The notes: generated from the letters alone by a model not told the origin. A DNA stretch of 64,000 bases from Eledone cirrhosa (GCA_964016885.1 OZ024746.1:63798001-63862000), one strand, 5' to 3'; numbered from the stretch's first letter, positions 42,416-56,667 are shown. Numbers and translations are program-made.

Positions 42416-42759
42416 TCTTGATATTACGCAAATACTTAACAGGCCTCATGAATGTTAAATTTGTGTGCTTTCTTCGACATATAATATTGACCTTCTAGCT
42501 GTCAATCCCAACATACATACATACATTTCACTTCCACTCTTTCCTCTATACTTATCTACTGTGTCTTACCTTCTATATCCTGAACTAAACAATTTGCTCA
42601 AACAATCCTCCACAGAACTGCAATCTTTTGTAATTCTCTCCTCACTCATGTTGTTGCCATTGTTTAGCCCAGGTCAGCCTTAAGAAAACAGAACTATGAT
42701 CAAAGACACACCAGCCATAACCATTGTCTGTATTTCAGACTACATTATCTAGTGTTTAA

Positions 42760-42937
42760 GGCAGTATCGGTAGAGGGTCGGATGCCATGCTTTCCAGCAT
42801 AGTTACGTCCCTTTACGATCTGAGTTCAAATCCCGCCGAGGTTGACTTTGCCTTTCATCCTTACGGGGTCGATAAAATAAAGTACCAGTAATACACTGGG
42901 TAATTGCTGGCCTTGTGCCTAACGTAGAAACAATTAT
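42760..42937 (+). mobile_element. SINE family A
   Basis: Family match; TSD ATTATCTAGTGTTT. Confidence 0.9.
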
Positions 42938-44933
42938 CTAGTGTTTTCTTTTAATGCTAGGGCTGGATTGTTCAATCCAAGTCTCCACTACACCAACCTT
43001 ACCTATATGGGTGGGCCTAGAAAGTACTTGGAATTTGCTAATTCATATTAACTAACTTATATAAAAAAAACCCAACTAAAACCCCACATAATATTGATTT
43101 ATAACACAGTCAAAGTCTATAGTTAGATCAACCATTGTATTTGACTTGTAATTATTTTATTAACCCCAGAATAATAAAAGGCAAAATCACCTTTGGCAGG
43201 ATTCCAGCTCAGATTTGTATCATTAACACTTTCATTGCCATATTTATAACGCAATACACTGTATTTGAATTAATTAAGGAAGAATCTGGAGGAATTTAGT
43301 AAAATAATTAATTATTTTATTAAGATAGAATAATTAATATAATTTAACAGAAGGTTCTTATGTCAAATTATGAAGGAATATTAAATTTAGATAGTTTTGT
43401 TTCATAGAACTGTATTTGCCTGCCTATTGGACACACTTAAAAAAAACAAAAACATAAAAAGTCTTTCCTGCATCCAATATGCCCATATCAAAGATGGGAG
43501 GCCAAACAGAGGGTGAGGACAATCATGATTTTAAAAAATCTAGTTTGTATTACTATTAGTATTATTAATACAATAATACAATTTATATAAGAGTTTCTGA
43601 AGGTGTAAAGTAATGGCTAGGCTTATGGCTGTAAACCAACAAAATTCAGAGCATTTTAGGGTACCTTATTTCTTTCTAGCAAATGTAACTTATACAAGAT
43701 ATTGGTACATTCCTTACATTATTTACCTTACTGTAACAACACATCGATATGAATGATATTTCTCAATGGCTAGGCAAATTTAATAAAGAATCCAAACATC
43801 AGTCGCCATTTGCATTGAACAAATAACAGAGACAGTGTTGCATCCCATTTGCCAAATGCAGTTTCACAAAACATCACAGGAGACATCCAGAAGTTTCAAA
43901 TCTTACTCCAGCTTTTGTAACCAAAACAAACAAGCGATGTACCACACAGCTGTTCTAATCAGAGGTAGAGTTTGTGATATTCTTGCATTTTAATTTTATT
44001 TTTGTGACCAATGGCTCAAAATCAGCACAGGCACTGCTACACAGTTGCATGCAAGCTCAATATCATTGTGTATGTGAAGAAACATGCAACAGGGCAGCAG
44101 AGCAGTACTTTGGACAGCCACCAACCCCCCCAAAATGATCTGTAGTTGGAGAAAACAAGAGCAATAGATTTGTAGAAGTACAACATATTTCACAGAAATA
44201 TTTGTCTTGGTTAGCTATAGGTCTTTACCCAGATTTATTGTAGCAATATTTTTCTTTTTGCTGATATACTGCAATTTGCTTTGTCTGCATGTATTAATAA
44301 CAGTAGATTTGATTTTAGCTATTGTGGACTTAGTAAATGAGCAGATTGTTGTACAAAAAAAAAAAAAAAAATGAAATAATTTTAAATAAATTTATGAAGA
44401 AATGTACTAAAATTCTTTTTTTCTGAAATGGTCCTTGTAAAACCAAGGAGTGTTGTATGTAAAGAGGTGTCCAATAGACCAGCAAATATGGCATATTTTT
44501 AATGTGTAGACTGCAGAATTTGTAAATAAATTTTCAATATAATGCAGATTTTGGAAGGCTTTTGCAAAATATGGAAGAGGCAGAGTTTTTAGCATATCAG
44601 CTAAAATGCCATATATTATTCATTCCAGCTTTCTGCAATCTGAGTTCAAACCATATCATGGCCAATTTTGCTTTTCATTCCTTTGGGGGTCAATAAATTA
44701 AATACTAGATGAGTACTGGGTCAAAATTTTATTTTTTCTCTCTCTTTCTCACTGAAAAAAATGGGTGTGGTCAGACCTGGATAGAGGTGGGCTTTGTGAT
44801 GTTTCAAGTGCAGAAGGGATGACACATTAATGTCACAATGGGGGCACTACAACTCCTTAGGGAGTTGAAGTCTCAAGGAATGATATTTGCATATATTATA
44901 CTCATGTTGATTAACTGCAAATCTCACAACATA

Positions 44934-45101
44934 CCGTATTTCCCGGTGCTGAAGACACTTCGTCCCCGAGGGCAAACCCTAATTTTGACAACCAAAAATT
45001 TTGAAAAAAATAATAAACAACCTTCGGCCTCCAGGACAGATGGTAGATTTTTGAGACTTATTTTATGAAAAAAGTAGCGTCTTTGATGCTAGGACATACG
45101 G
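44934..45101. mobile_element. Tc1/mariner-superfamily (Tc2/pogo-type) MITE
   Basis: TA-CCGTATTTCCCGGTGCTGAAGAC ... GTCTTTGATGCTAGGACATACGG-TA. Confidence 0.75.
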
Positions 45102-45736
45102 TAATTTATGTTATAATATTTTGACCCAAATTTTAAATTAAACATGAAGGCATTAGTATACAAGCAGTCTCATGCAGGTGGGATTAAAAATTATTTCACA
45201 ACAATGTCCATTCTAACATCAAAGTGATACCAGAATGAAATGCTTTTAAGTAAATAAACATTTAAAGACCCATTAATCACTTATAAAATGAATACAAAAT
45301 TACACAAAATTACACAAAATGTTTTGTTTGAATCAAATAAACATTGGTTACAAGACTCATTAATATATTTTCAAGATGATGAAAAAACAAAACATTGAAA
45401 CCATTAATTCTATTAATTAGAACTAAATATTATTTCGAAAATGATAAAGATTACAAAGCAACTTTATTTTATAATAAACTATAATCTGAAAGGATTTAAA
45501 TTACCAAATTCTCCAGCATTTATACACTATTAGAAATTTAATTACAAATAGGAAAGTAGCAAACAGCATACTTTTAGCTATTACATTATCTCTTATAAAT
45601 ATCACATTATTCCTGCGGGAATTTTACTCATACTACACACACACATACACACATTTACATATAACCCATCCAACCGATGCAAGCATGGAAAAACAGACAT
45701 AAAAACGATGATGATGATGATATATATATATATATA

Positions 45737-45862
45737 TATTTTATAGAAGGAGCTTCTACAGGACTAGTACTGTTTCATTCAGATGAAATCTTCAGGAAGC
45801 TTCCTGAAGATTTCATCTGAATGAAACAGTACTAGTCCTGTAGAAGCTCCTTCTATAAAATA
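45737..45862. ncRNA. Perfect 126-bp palindrome encoding back-to-back hammerhead motifs
   Basis: AGCUUC-CUGAAGA-U(UUCA UC UGAA)U-GAAACAG(UACUAGUC)CUGUA-GAAGCU at 45798-45848, mirrored on the minus strand. Confidence 0.8.
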
Positions 45863-45934
45863 AAAAAATTTTACTCTGCCATGTATTGAGTACCTTACTT
45901 ACTGTGGTTATCCCCGACTCAACCCGGGACCTAC

Positions 45935-46015
<81 letters not shown>

Positions 46016-46139
46016 TATATATATATATATATACATATATAACGAAGGAAATGTGGTAAGGAACCATATGGACCATGACGCACCAAAGTACTCAATACTT
46101 AGGGTAGTAGAGTGGGTAATAGGAACAAGTATATACATA

Positions 46140-47128
46140 TATATAAAACTAATGGACCAAGTTATGAAAGTGATGGAAAAAGTTCCAACACAGCTAATTA
46201 AACAAAGAGTCGAATTAGATGAGATGCAGTTCAGTTTTGTGCCTGGGAAAAGGACTACAAATGCCTTCTTCAACTACAAGGGAAGTTCCTAGCCAGAAAT
46301 AAGCTTTTGTTGATCCAGAGAAGATCTTTGACAGAGTACTTCATTTTGTTATTTGGTGGTCTTTAAGAAAATTAGGTGTTGAAGAATGACTTGTGAGAGC
46401 AGTGTAAGCTATGTACAGAGAGTAGGAAGTAAGTTTAGTGAGGAATTCAAGGTACACAGTAGTTTATCAGGATTCAGTTCTCAGCTCACTGCTGTTCATT
46501 ATAGTTCTCCAGGCCATAACAGAGGAGTTTTAGATTGGCTGTCCATGGGAACTTCTCAATGTAGATGATTTGGTCCTTATTGCTGAATCCATAAAACAAA
46601 TTAGGAAATAAGTTCTGAGTATGGAAACAGAATTGGAAATCAAAAGGGCTGAAAGTAAACTTAGTCAAAACTAAAGTGCTAGTAAGTCGGAAAAAAAGAT
46701 AGGACCCTGATTTCTTCAGTGAAGTGGCCCTGCTCAGTATGTAGAAAAAGAGTAGGCATAAACTCTATATGATGTACTCAATGTAAATCTTTGGTACACA
46801 AGAGATGTAGTGGATAACAGGCAGACTAACAGCAAGGAAAGGCTTTATAGAAGATGCACATGGGTAATCAATGGGAAGAGCGTTAGTGATATAAATCTTT
46901 TCAAATCACATGAAGAATCCACAGAAGTGGTTAATAGATTTTGCTATCTGGGTGACCTAATTAGCAGCATGGAAGGGTGCTCGAAGAACATAATAGCTAG
47001 AATAAGGATAGGATGGAAGAAGTTCAGAGAGCTACTCCTATTGTTGACAATGAAAGGTTTCTCCCTACATACAAAAGGATGGCTGTATAACACCTGTGTG
47101 CAAAGTGTGATGCTGCATGGAAGTGAGG
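46140..47128 (+). mobile_element. Degraded RTE RT fragment
   Basis: IKLMDQVMKV...DEMQFSFVPGK...FCYLGD...GWKKFREL...MLHGSE with stops and frameshifts. Confidence 0.9.
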
Positions 47129-47879
47129 TTGTACTCCAGCTTCATGACTGAGTGATTAATAATAGAATGGTCCTCTAACATGAGTGGTAGACTTCATCTT
47201 TTAATTGACTCTTCATGAGCTTTAGTAAAGTATGATTTGCTGCAAGCTTTTTGGGCCAGGTCTCCAGCTTGAGAATATTTTTTTCCCTCATTCCCTCCAA
47301 CTAGTCTCAGAGGCTCTGAAAAGGGTCATGGGTTCTGCCCTTTCCCCTAACTAAATGATAAATAAACTGAAAAAAACAACTTCTTAAAAATTAAGCAAAT
47401 GTTGAAGTTTTTAGAAAACTGTATTATCCATAAAAGCATGAAAATATAATGGTAAAAAATTCTCCAAATTAAAATTTTACTAACTAGACATTTTTCACAA
47501 GACAATTTATACATGAGCAATAAATAACAAAAGAGAAGAAAACCACAGTAAAAACTTCAACATTTCTGAAATGTCAAGTTATCCACTAAAAATCAATGCA
47601 TTTAAAATCTAAGAATCAATTTTCATTGCTTTTCAAATTTTACCAATATCAGTTTGAACAGTTCAGAAAATATGACAGAAATATCTATATAGTTATGGAC
47701 ATAAAGAATTTAATATTCCAAATTGCAACAGACATAAAATATCTTGTTAGCAGATAGAAGAAAATATAAATATACTCATTAAACCAGAATAGATTTATAC
47801 TTTCAATTTAAAACTGCACATAATATATATATATATATATATATATATCATGATGATGATGATGATGATGATGATATAT

Positions 47880-48690
47880 ATATAAATGAATGAAGAATGG
47901 CGTGCTGCGTTGTTGCGAACATGAACATATGAATAAAAATAGACAAGGGGTAAAATGTCCTCTTCAGTAGTCTGCTGATTATTGTTGGTATTTCGATGCA
48001 TTAAAGACTAGATTCCTCAAATCAGTGCGAGCGATAACTCAATTAAGTTATCGGGACAGTGGGAAAACAGAGGGAAGGAAACAAACACATGGTGCTATGC
48101 AACGTAAAGAGAGGAAAATAGCCAAGTCAATGAATCCTGTGGGCTTAAGCCCGACAAATCAAACGCAACAACGCAGCACGCCATTCTTCATTCATATATT
48201 TTTTCCCTTCGCTGTGGTTCGTATTTTTTCTGTCACTTTACTGCTATCACCTTTTCTCTCTCCTTCACCTCTTGCCTTCCTCAACTCCCGCTGCTGGTCA
48301 CTCACTCTCAGCTGGCCCCTTCCTCCCACTTTCACTCATTCCCTCTCTGCTTCTCCCCCCTCTCACTTCCTCCCATCTGACCTGCTTGAATTTCTTTCCT
48401 CTCTCAATCTTCTCGCGGCTTGGACGTGTCTATTTCTCCTCGTCAATTTGATTTATCGGGCTTAAGCCCACAGGATTCATTAACTTGTCTCTATTTTCCT
48501 CTCTTTACACTGCATAGCACTATGTGTTTGTTTCCTTCCCTCTGTTTCTGTTTTCCCACTGTCCCGATAACTTAATTGAGTTATCGCTCGCACTGATTTT
48601 AGGTATCTAGTCTTTAATGCGTCGAAATACCAACAATAATCAGCAGACTACTGAAGAGGACATTTTACCCCTTGTCTATTTTTATTTATA
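47880..48690. mobile_element. Interlocked inverted-repeat element (pLTR-like) between (TA)n tracts
   Basis: ~47930-48163 inverted at ~48447-48686; ~47882-47917 inverted at ~48164-48198; CTGAAGAGGACA motif at 48651. Confidence 0.75.
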
Positions 48691-48777
48691 TATATATATC
48701 ATCATCCTCGTTTAACGTTCACTTTCCACGCTAGCATGGGTTAGACGGGTTAGATATATATATAGATATATATATAT

Positions 48778-49030
48778 ATCATCATCATCATCTTCATCGT
48801 TTTTATGTCCGTTTTTCCATCCTTGCATGGGTTGGATGGGTTCTTCTCAGCACGGCATATCACCACTCGTTACATTTCTTCGTTATCACTTCTGTGAGGC
48901 TCAGCGATTTGAGGTTAGCTTTCACAACCTCTGACCAGGTCTTTTTTGGTCTACCTATACTGCAGCTTTCTTCCACCGAGATTTCCTGGCATTTCTTTAC
49001 CCAACTTATACAGCTTCATACGCAAATAAG
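48778..49030 (-). mobile_element. Degraded RTE 3' fragment
   Basis: Minus strand WVKKCQEI...GRPKKTWSEVVKANL; (CAT)n on plus. Confidence 0.75.
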
Positions 49031-49939
49031 ATTAATCACCTCATTTACCCAGACTATATATTTTTGCCTGTTTCAACGTCCAGTAGTGGCAAGTGGGAAA
49101 CACTGTCGTGATGAGAACCATTTAAGTTTGACATGCATTGATGGTTGTCTCCCTTGCTTCTGCCGGACACTGCTTGGTGGCACTGACTGCCGGTGTTATA
49201 TTCATAGCTTTTGCTTTCAGAATGTTTATTTATAAACATACCGTATTTCTTTAGATATACAAAATTCACACACACACACACACATGTATATATATATACA
49301 TACACACATACAGAGACTCTCACCTATCTTTCTATTTCTTATTTTATTTCTTGCTCTATCTTTTGATAATGGAGTAATGTCCAACATGTTAAGACTCTTT
49401 TCCTATTGTATCAAGCATTAAACTAAAATATATTTTCATTGTACTGTATCATTTTGCTATGTTTTTTTATACATTTAATTTTGCATACATACATATATAC
49501 ATTATATACATATATGTATATATGTAAAACATTTGTTATTAATAGTAAGAGTTTACTTTGAAGTTTCAGAGAATTTACAATAACACTTAGATGAAACATT
49601 TGCTATATAGGCAAGAGGTAGTAGGTGGATATGTAAACACCAATACAAATTGTAAGAGAGAAATGTTAATGTGTGGGTTAGGGGATAGAAAAGGTAGGGC
49701 AGGTTGAGGTCACAAAAACAATATGGGAAAACTGGTGCAGGGAGGAAGTATTTATTATTTGCTAATTTAGTGATGTAATAAATACATTTCCGACAAATTT
49801 TATACTTCTTATTTTTAAATATAATTTTAATCTTGATTTTAAATAATTTTTTTTCGCAAGTACTGGTTTTTGTCAACCTCACAATATACTATAATTATTA
49901 ATACATGATTTTAAATATGCATATGCATATACAAACACA

Positions 49940-49997
<58 letters not shown>

Positions 49998-50001
<4 letters not shown>

Positions 50002-50170
50002 CCGGATTCAATCAGGGGTAACCACAGCAAGTAAGGTACTCAATATATAGCAGAGTATAAATATTTAATATAGAAATGGCTTCTACAGACTAGAACTGTT
50101 TCATTCGAAAGAAATCATCAGGAAAGCTCAGAGCTTCAAATGAAACAGTTTTAGTCCTGTAGAAGCCATT
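49998..50170 (-). ncRNA. Hammerhead-bearing pLTR-like segment with partial inverted copy
   Basis: Minus strand UUC-CUGAUGA-UUUCUUUCGAAU-GAAACAG..CUGUA-GAAGC (50079-50127); flank homologous to 45863-45930. Confidence 0.7.
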
Positions 50171-51067
50171 GTATATATTTGTTAAAATAATAGATTAAAA
50201 TTTAAGCAAAGAATCGCTGCTTTCACATTTGACGGGCTCTTCTGATATATATATATGCAGACAAACTTATGTATACATAGATGTATATCCACAACATGAA
50301 TATACACCAATACATTTACATGCAATAATCACTGTATATGACTAAAAATATAACCATCCAAACAAGCTAAACGTTAAAAAAATGTTTTTAAAATTCGAAA
50401 AGTTTATTGGTTCAAAATGTTGCAGGAAACTGTACACACTTTGCTTGCATAAAGAAATTAGTTCAAAATTTCTATTTGGTAATAGGTCCTTAGCAAATAG
50501 TATTACATACATTTCTAATGTACATAACTGACATGGTTTCTTATGTTTGTATAGCTTAACTCTTGATAGTATATCCCATGGGCTGTTAAATTGTGTGTTG
50601 GTGTTTTTTAATTGCCAGAAATATGTTGGTAGTGAGGTATTAAACTTCCTGCTATTGTGTTTAAATAATAAATTATGTTGATATATCCTTTTTTTTAAAG
50701 ATGGGAACATAAATTACTATTCACTGTTACTTTGTACACCAGTTCTTTCATAAGGCATTGTTCTTTGAGGGAGCATAGGCTGCTATTATTGCAATTGCAA
50801 TTAAATGGGAGTCTTACATCATTTGGATGAGTAATCTTTTTATTTTGGTCACATTTAAAGCAAAACTGTGTGGAAGATTATAAAACTTTATCTGTGTTTC
50901 TGTTAAATAATTTGTAGTATTATTTGTGGTGTTTAGGAAAGTGTTTATCTAGGAGCCTAAATAATGTTTTTGCTGTTGGTGTAGAAACTTGCAGATTGAA
51001 GGGTAGGTTATACCATGTGACTGATCTGTTTTAGCTTCTGTTTTGTTTGAAGGAATAGTTATATTAT

Positions 51068-51560
51068 ATCATCATCATCATCATCATCATCGTTTAACGT
51101 CTATCTTCCCCGCTTGCATGGGTTTGGACGGGAGTTTTCCCACTCGAGGCAAGATTGGTTATCCTGCTCGTATAGGACTGTCTGGCGGGTTTTCTACGGC
51201 TGGATGCCCTTCCTAACACCAACCACGTTTACAGTGTGGACTGGGAGGTTTTTACCGTGTTACCTACACGGCCACATTACAGCGTGGACTGTGTTTTTTT
51301 GTCGTGACACCTACGAGACCTCATTTGTTTCGGACTGGATGTTGTGATACCAACATAACTTCACATTTATGGGGGGTGGTGTGGATGGGGTGGGGGTAGT
51401 GGGACGGGGGTGGATTTTTGTTAAGAGGTGCCTACTGACTGTAGGTTTCGCTTTGTACTTAGGCAAGGCTGGTCTTCTGTATAACTGTGTAGCGCCAAAG
51501 ATCTCGGTCCAGTGACATTGTCTTGGAGAGGTGTAAGTGTGTGAGGTCGGAATTTATCAA
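51068..51560 (-). mobile_element. RTE LINE 3' end
   Basis: Reverse complement of the 21750-22238-type sequence. Confidence 0.92.
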
Positions 51561-51578
51561 GTATATATTTAGTATATA

Positions 51579-51757
51579 TTGGCAGTATCGGTAGAGGGTC
51601 GGACGCCATGCTTTCCAGCATAGTTACGTCCCTTTATGATCTGAGTTCAAATCCCGCCGAGGTTGACTTTGCCTTTCATCCTTACGGGGTCGATAAAATA
51701 AAGTACCAGTAATGCACTGGGTAATTGCTGGCCTTGTGCCTAAAGTAGAAACAATTA
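51579..51757 (+). mobile_element. SINE family A
   Basis: Family match. Confidence 0.92.
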
Positions 51758-53857
51758 TATATATACTAAATTTTCTTTCTTGAGTCATTTTTCAATAGTA
51801 TTACATTATAATTGTGAGCTGAATCATTGTAAACATTTTAATTTTAAGATAACGAAAATAATCTTTGAGAGATATTTTTAACAAGTCTTTCAGGATAATT
51901 TTACGGTGGTTTGATTGTTGTTTATGTAGTAAAGCTTCCCATTAGGTTTATTATAAAGAATAGATGTGTTACCTGATAAATCTAGCATAGCATTTAGAAA
52001 GTTCACTCTTTTTATTCTCTGTCTTCTGCTTGAAGAAATGGTAATAGTCAGTGTGGAATTTATTTGTTGATTGAGGGTTCGTTTTCTTAAAAATAGGAAT
52101 CAATCATTTTAATATAGGCCTCCTTCTATGAATGGAAAACTATTCTTCATTTCATGTAGTATATATATAGGTCAACTAAATCCCTACTTTCAGTCAAATC
52201 TTTCAAAAGGTTCATTGCTATGTTTCTTTATCCACGTAGTATTGCTGTTGTAAAATAGTAGGAATTTACGGGCTAAAAGTATGGTTCCTATTTAAATGGG
52301 AGTGATGTTAATGGTAGAACTGGTTATTACTGCTTGGTAATTAATACATTATCGAATATGTCAAATGGAAAAAAAACAAAACAAAAAAAAACTCATCTTT
52401 TTCAGTGATGAACTTAAATCAATTTATAACTACTTTAATGTCGTTTCATAGTGGAACCTTAGATTGATTTTTAACCTTAAGGAGTTTAATATCTAATGCC
52501 ATTTTGCTGATTATGTCTATACCAGCTTTAGATGTGATGATCAATCTAATGGAAGGGTGTTGGGATAAGTTAATTTAATGATATTTTAATGTAAAATACA
52601 GTTGAATAGGCATAAGAGTGTCTAACTTGTCATCAATTTATAAAGTTGTAGCTAAGTCATTTGCTTTCTTATTGATGTTGTTTAATGCTGCATGATGTGA
52701 TAATTCTGTACTTGCTGAAGATTGAATTAGAGAGGAGTCTATGATATGTGGTGGTATCAATTTCATTTCAGAATTTACCTTTCTCAGAGTTTACAAATAG
52801 GTTATTATTTTTTTTATGTTTCTTTTGGAGTTGCTTATGAAGTTATTAAATCTGATATTCTTTATTACATGGAATAAGTCATTTTGAAGATGTTATAATA
52901 TCCTATTTGAAGGGGGGGTGGGGTGGTATTTTGGAGATTTTATAATATCCTATTTGAAGGAGGGGGGGGGGGGGGGGGATATTTTTGAGATTTTTGGAGA
53001 TTTTTGTCTGAAGGTGTTTTTGTTTGGGTATCCTGATGTCTTTAATGTAGAAAAATAACTTCCAATTAAGTCATTTTATAAAGCTTTCAGTCTTTGAGAA
53101 TAAGATTTGAAGATAAGTTTTCAAGGTAGGAGGAGGATTATACACTTTTATCCCAAACTAAACAGAAAAATAGATAAATAAATACATTTTGTATAATATT
53201 TGACACACACATACAATAGATGGACATTTTTTGTGTTAATCGAGGGTAGGTTTAAAATTCCTAAATAACAAGTGCGAAGGATTAAAACTGTAAGAAAATA
53301 CATTTACAATTGGATGGTAATAAATAATTCTATTCCTAAACAGGCCTGTTTCATGGTTCGGAAAAAAAGATGTAAATAATCAATATTAGCGATGGGTATC
53401 GATCATCAATAACCAATATTGGTAAAAGTGCCTCGAAGTAGGAAATTTGTCTTACAGAAAAACTATACCGACATGCTAGACTTTTGTTTGTGTTCAAATG
53501 ACTGGATGCACCTGGTGTTAAATAATTTTTGACATCAAATGGTAGGACAAGCCATAGGTAGTACTGAAGATGGCACAGAAGTAGTAGTTCAATGCAACAA
53601 CTCTACTAAAAACTAGCAGAAATATATATAAAATATATATCAATGAACTTATTTATTCTTTTCAGTATTCACGCCCCAAAAATCTTTTTAGTGATATTTC
53701 TTTTTTTTAACGTTATTGCATCATTTAACTTCTTTAATCTTAAAAAATGATTAATCATGTTGATTAATAGTTTAAAAGTTTTTATCTTTGTTTTTAACCT
53801 TGAAATGACATTTCTGTGAATTTTAACTTTTTGGCAAAAAATTGCTTTAGTTATAAA

Positions 53858-54250
53858 CCTTGGAAGTATAATTAAAAGTATATTGAGCAAAGATTTTGAT
53901 AAGCTTATCATTTGAACCACTGAGTATTTGTAGAGTTAATTCTTGGAAGTATAAGTAAAAGCATATTGAGTGACGATTTTGATAAGCTTATCATTTGAGC
54001 CACTGTGTATTTGTAAAGTTAATTCTTGGAAGTATAAGTAAAAGCATATTGAGTGAAGATTTTGATAATCATATCATTTGAGCTACTATGTATTTATAGA
54101 GTTAAGTGTTGGAAGTATAAATAAAAGTATATTCAGTGAAGATTTTGATAAGCTTGCTTATCATTTGAGTCACTGAAGTATGATTAAAAGTATATAGAGT
54201 GAAGATTTTGATAGGCTTAACATTTGAGCTACTGTGTATTTGTAGAGTGA
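53858..54250. repeat. 83-bp tandem repeat, ~4.7 copies
   Basis: TGGAAGTATAA recurs at ~53861, 53944, 54027 and 54110. Confidence 0.9.
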
Positions 54251-55139
54251 AATACTGCAACAACAGAAAATTGTATCTTGCAGAAGAAGAATTATAGACA
54301 ATAAATCTATCATTACATAATACACTATGAAGAATATAAATTCCTATAATTTTATATAAGAAAGTATTCCTCGATTTGCTCTAAACAATTTTGGGTTTAT
54401 AATAAATACATATGGATTTCAGTGACTTACATCATTTTTCTTAAACGCTAGGTGCTCAATCTACACCAACAGATAATTTACATAGTTTTAACTGCACCAA
54501 AGCTCATGAGATCAAATTAAGCGAACATTGCAATACTTTGATTATTAGATCAGTATTTTCTCTGTAGAGGTTATAGCTTCAAAATTCTTTTAGATGAAGG
54601 TTAGAAATACTTTCTTATATAGCATTAATAAAATCTATAACTTTGGTAAACCCTGAGAGAAATTTACAGCTTTTCTTGTGAACTTCCACGCAAGAGTCAT
54701 CTGATCAGACAAAAGTTTCTCCATTTTTGTTTCAAATTCATTTTTCCAAATTATCCTTTTGGCAACAAAATACACGCATGCATATATATATGATATATAT
54801 ATATGATATATATATATTATATATATATATGATATATGATATATATATGATATATATATATATGATATATATATCATATATATATATCATATATATATCA
54901 TATATATCATATATATATATATCATATATATATATCATATATATATATCATATATATATATATATCATATATATATGATATATATATATATATATATGAT
55001 ATATATATATATGATATATATATATATATGATATATATATATGATATATATATATGTTATATATATATATGATATATATGATATATATATGATATATATA
55101 TATATATATATGATATATATATGATATATATATATATAA

Positions 55140-56667
55140 TCATCATCATCGTTTAACGTCTATCTTCCACACTAGTTTAGATGGGAATTGTCCCACTTGA
55201 GGCAAGATTGGTTGTCTCGCTCGTATGGGACTGTCTGGCAGGTTTTCTACGGCTGGATGCCCTTCCTAACCCCAACCACGTTTACAGTGTGGACTGGGAG
55301 GTTTTTACCGTGTTACCTACATGGCCACATTACAGCGTGGACTGTGTGTTTTTTTTGTTGTGACACCTACATGACCTCATTTATTTAAGACTGGATGTTG
55401 TGGTACCAACATAACTTTACAGAGAAAGGGGTGGTGTTGGTGGGGGAGTTGGGGGAGTGGGAGGGGTGTATATTTGATTAAGAGGTACCTACTGGCTGTA
55501 GGTTTCGCTTTGTACTTAGGCAAGGCGGGTTTTCTGTATTACTGTGTAGTGCCAAAGATCTCAGTCCAGTGGCATTGTCTTAGAGAGGTGTAAGTGTGTA
55601 AGGTCGGAATTTATCAAATCGTCCCAGGTTTTTCTGGGTCTGCCTACTCCGTAACTTCCGTCAATTTTGATCGCCCTGCACTTTTTTATACAGCTGTCGT
55701 CTTTCATGCGCATCACATGACCATACCAACGTAGTCTTCTCTCGAGTAAACAGCATCTGATCCCTCTTATACCTAATTTCTCACTTAGTTCCTTTATGCT
55801 TTGCTGTTCATGTATATGAGAGCATGCATGCTTCGTTCCTCTCTAGTCTGCGCAGATCCTCTGCACACAATGTCCATGTCTCACTGCCATGTAACATAGC
55901 TGTTCGTATGCAGGCATCATACAGTCTGCCATTCATTTTTAGAGAGAAACCTTTAGCGGCCAATAGTGGTATAAGCTCTCTGAACTTTTTCCATCCCGTT
56001 CTGACTCTGGCTACTGTACTTTCGGAGCACCCTCCACCACTGCTGATTTTGTCACCTAGGTATCGAAAGGTGTCCACTATTTCTATAGAGCCATCTGGGC
56101 AATAGAAGGAGCTAGTATCCTGTGGGTGCTTGCTACTTATTGCACCTGAGCACCGGCCACATATAAAATCTACATTCTTAGATAGCTTACCTGTGATCCC
56201 ACTACATCTTTATGCACCCATACTTTGCATTTGGGACATAAAATGGAATTTCTGCCTACTCCTCTCCTACACACTGAGCATGGCCATTTCCCAGATGGGA
56301 CCTGTGCCCTATTTTCCTTCCTACATACTAGAACTTTAGTCTTAGACAAGTTAACTTTAAGGCCTTTTGATTTCTAGGCCATGCTTCCATGTTTGGAATT
56401 TCTTCTCTAGTTCATCCATCAATTCAGCTATGAGTATTAGATCATCTGCATAGAGAAGTTCCCAAGGGTAGCTGGTCTTGAACTCCTCTGTTATAACCTG
56501 AAGGGCAATAATAAATAGGAGGGTGCTAAGGACAAAGCCCTGATGAACACCAACTTTTACGCTAAATTCTTCACTATATTCGTTGTTAATTCTAACCTTG
56601 CTGACTGTTTCTTTATACATGGCTTGTATAGCTCTCACAAGCCATTCATCAACCCCTAGTTTTCTAA
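55140..56667 (-). mobile_element. 5'-truncated RTE LINE with frameshifts
   Basis: VGVHQGFVLS...WELLYADDL...FRYLGD...HGSETW; UTR and tail; flanked by (TA)n. Confidence 0.94.

Larger units (their letters stand above)
50340..53050 (-). mobile_element. Degraded Penelope-like retroelement (RT remnants plus GIY-YIG), interrupted by RTE and SINE insertions
   Basis: CNCNN...CSLKEQCLMKELVYKVTV; KKRIYQH..FKH...TSLPTYFWQLK...WDIL...CQLCTLE...NRNFELISLCK; upstream NYPERLVKNISQRLFSLS; the 5' boundary is uncertain. Confidence 0.8.

Noticed and set aside
43728-43960. Possible minus-strand exon ending at AG|GTAAAT
   Set aside because: Stops in all three frames over the candidate span
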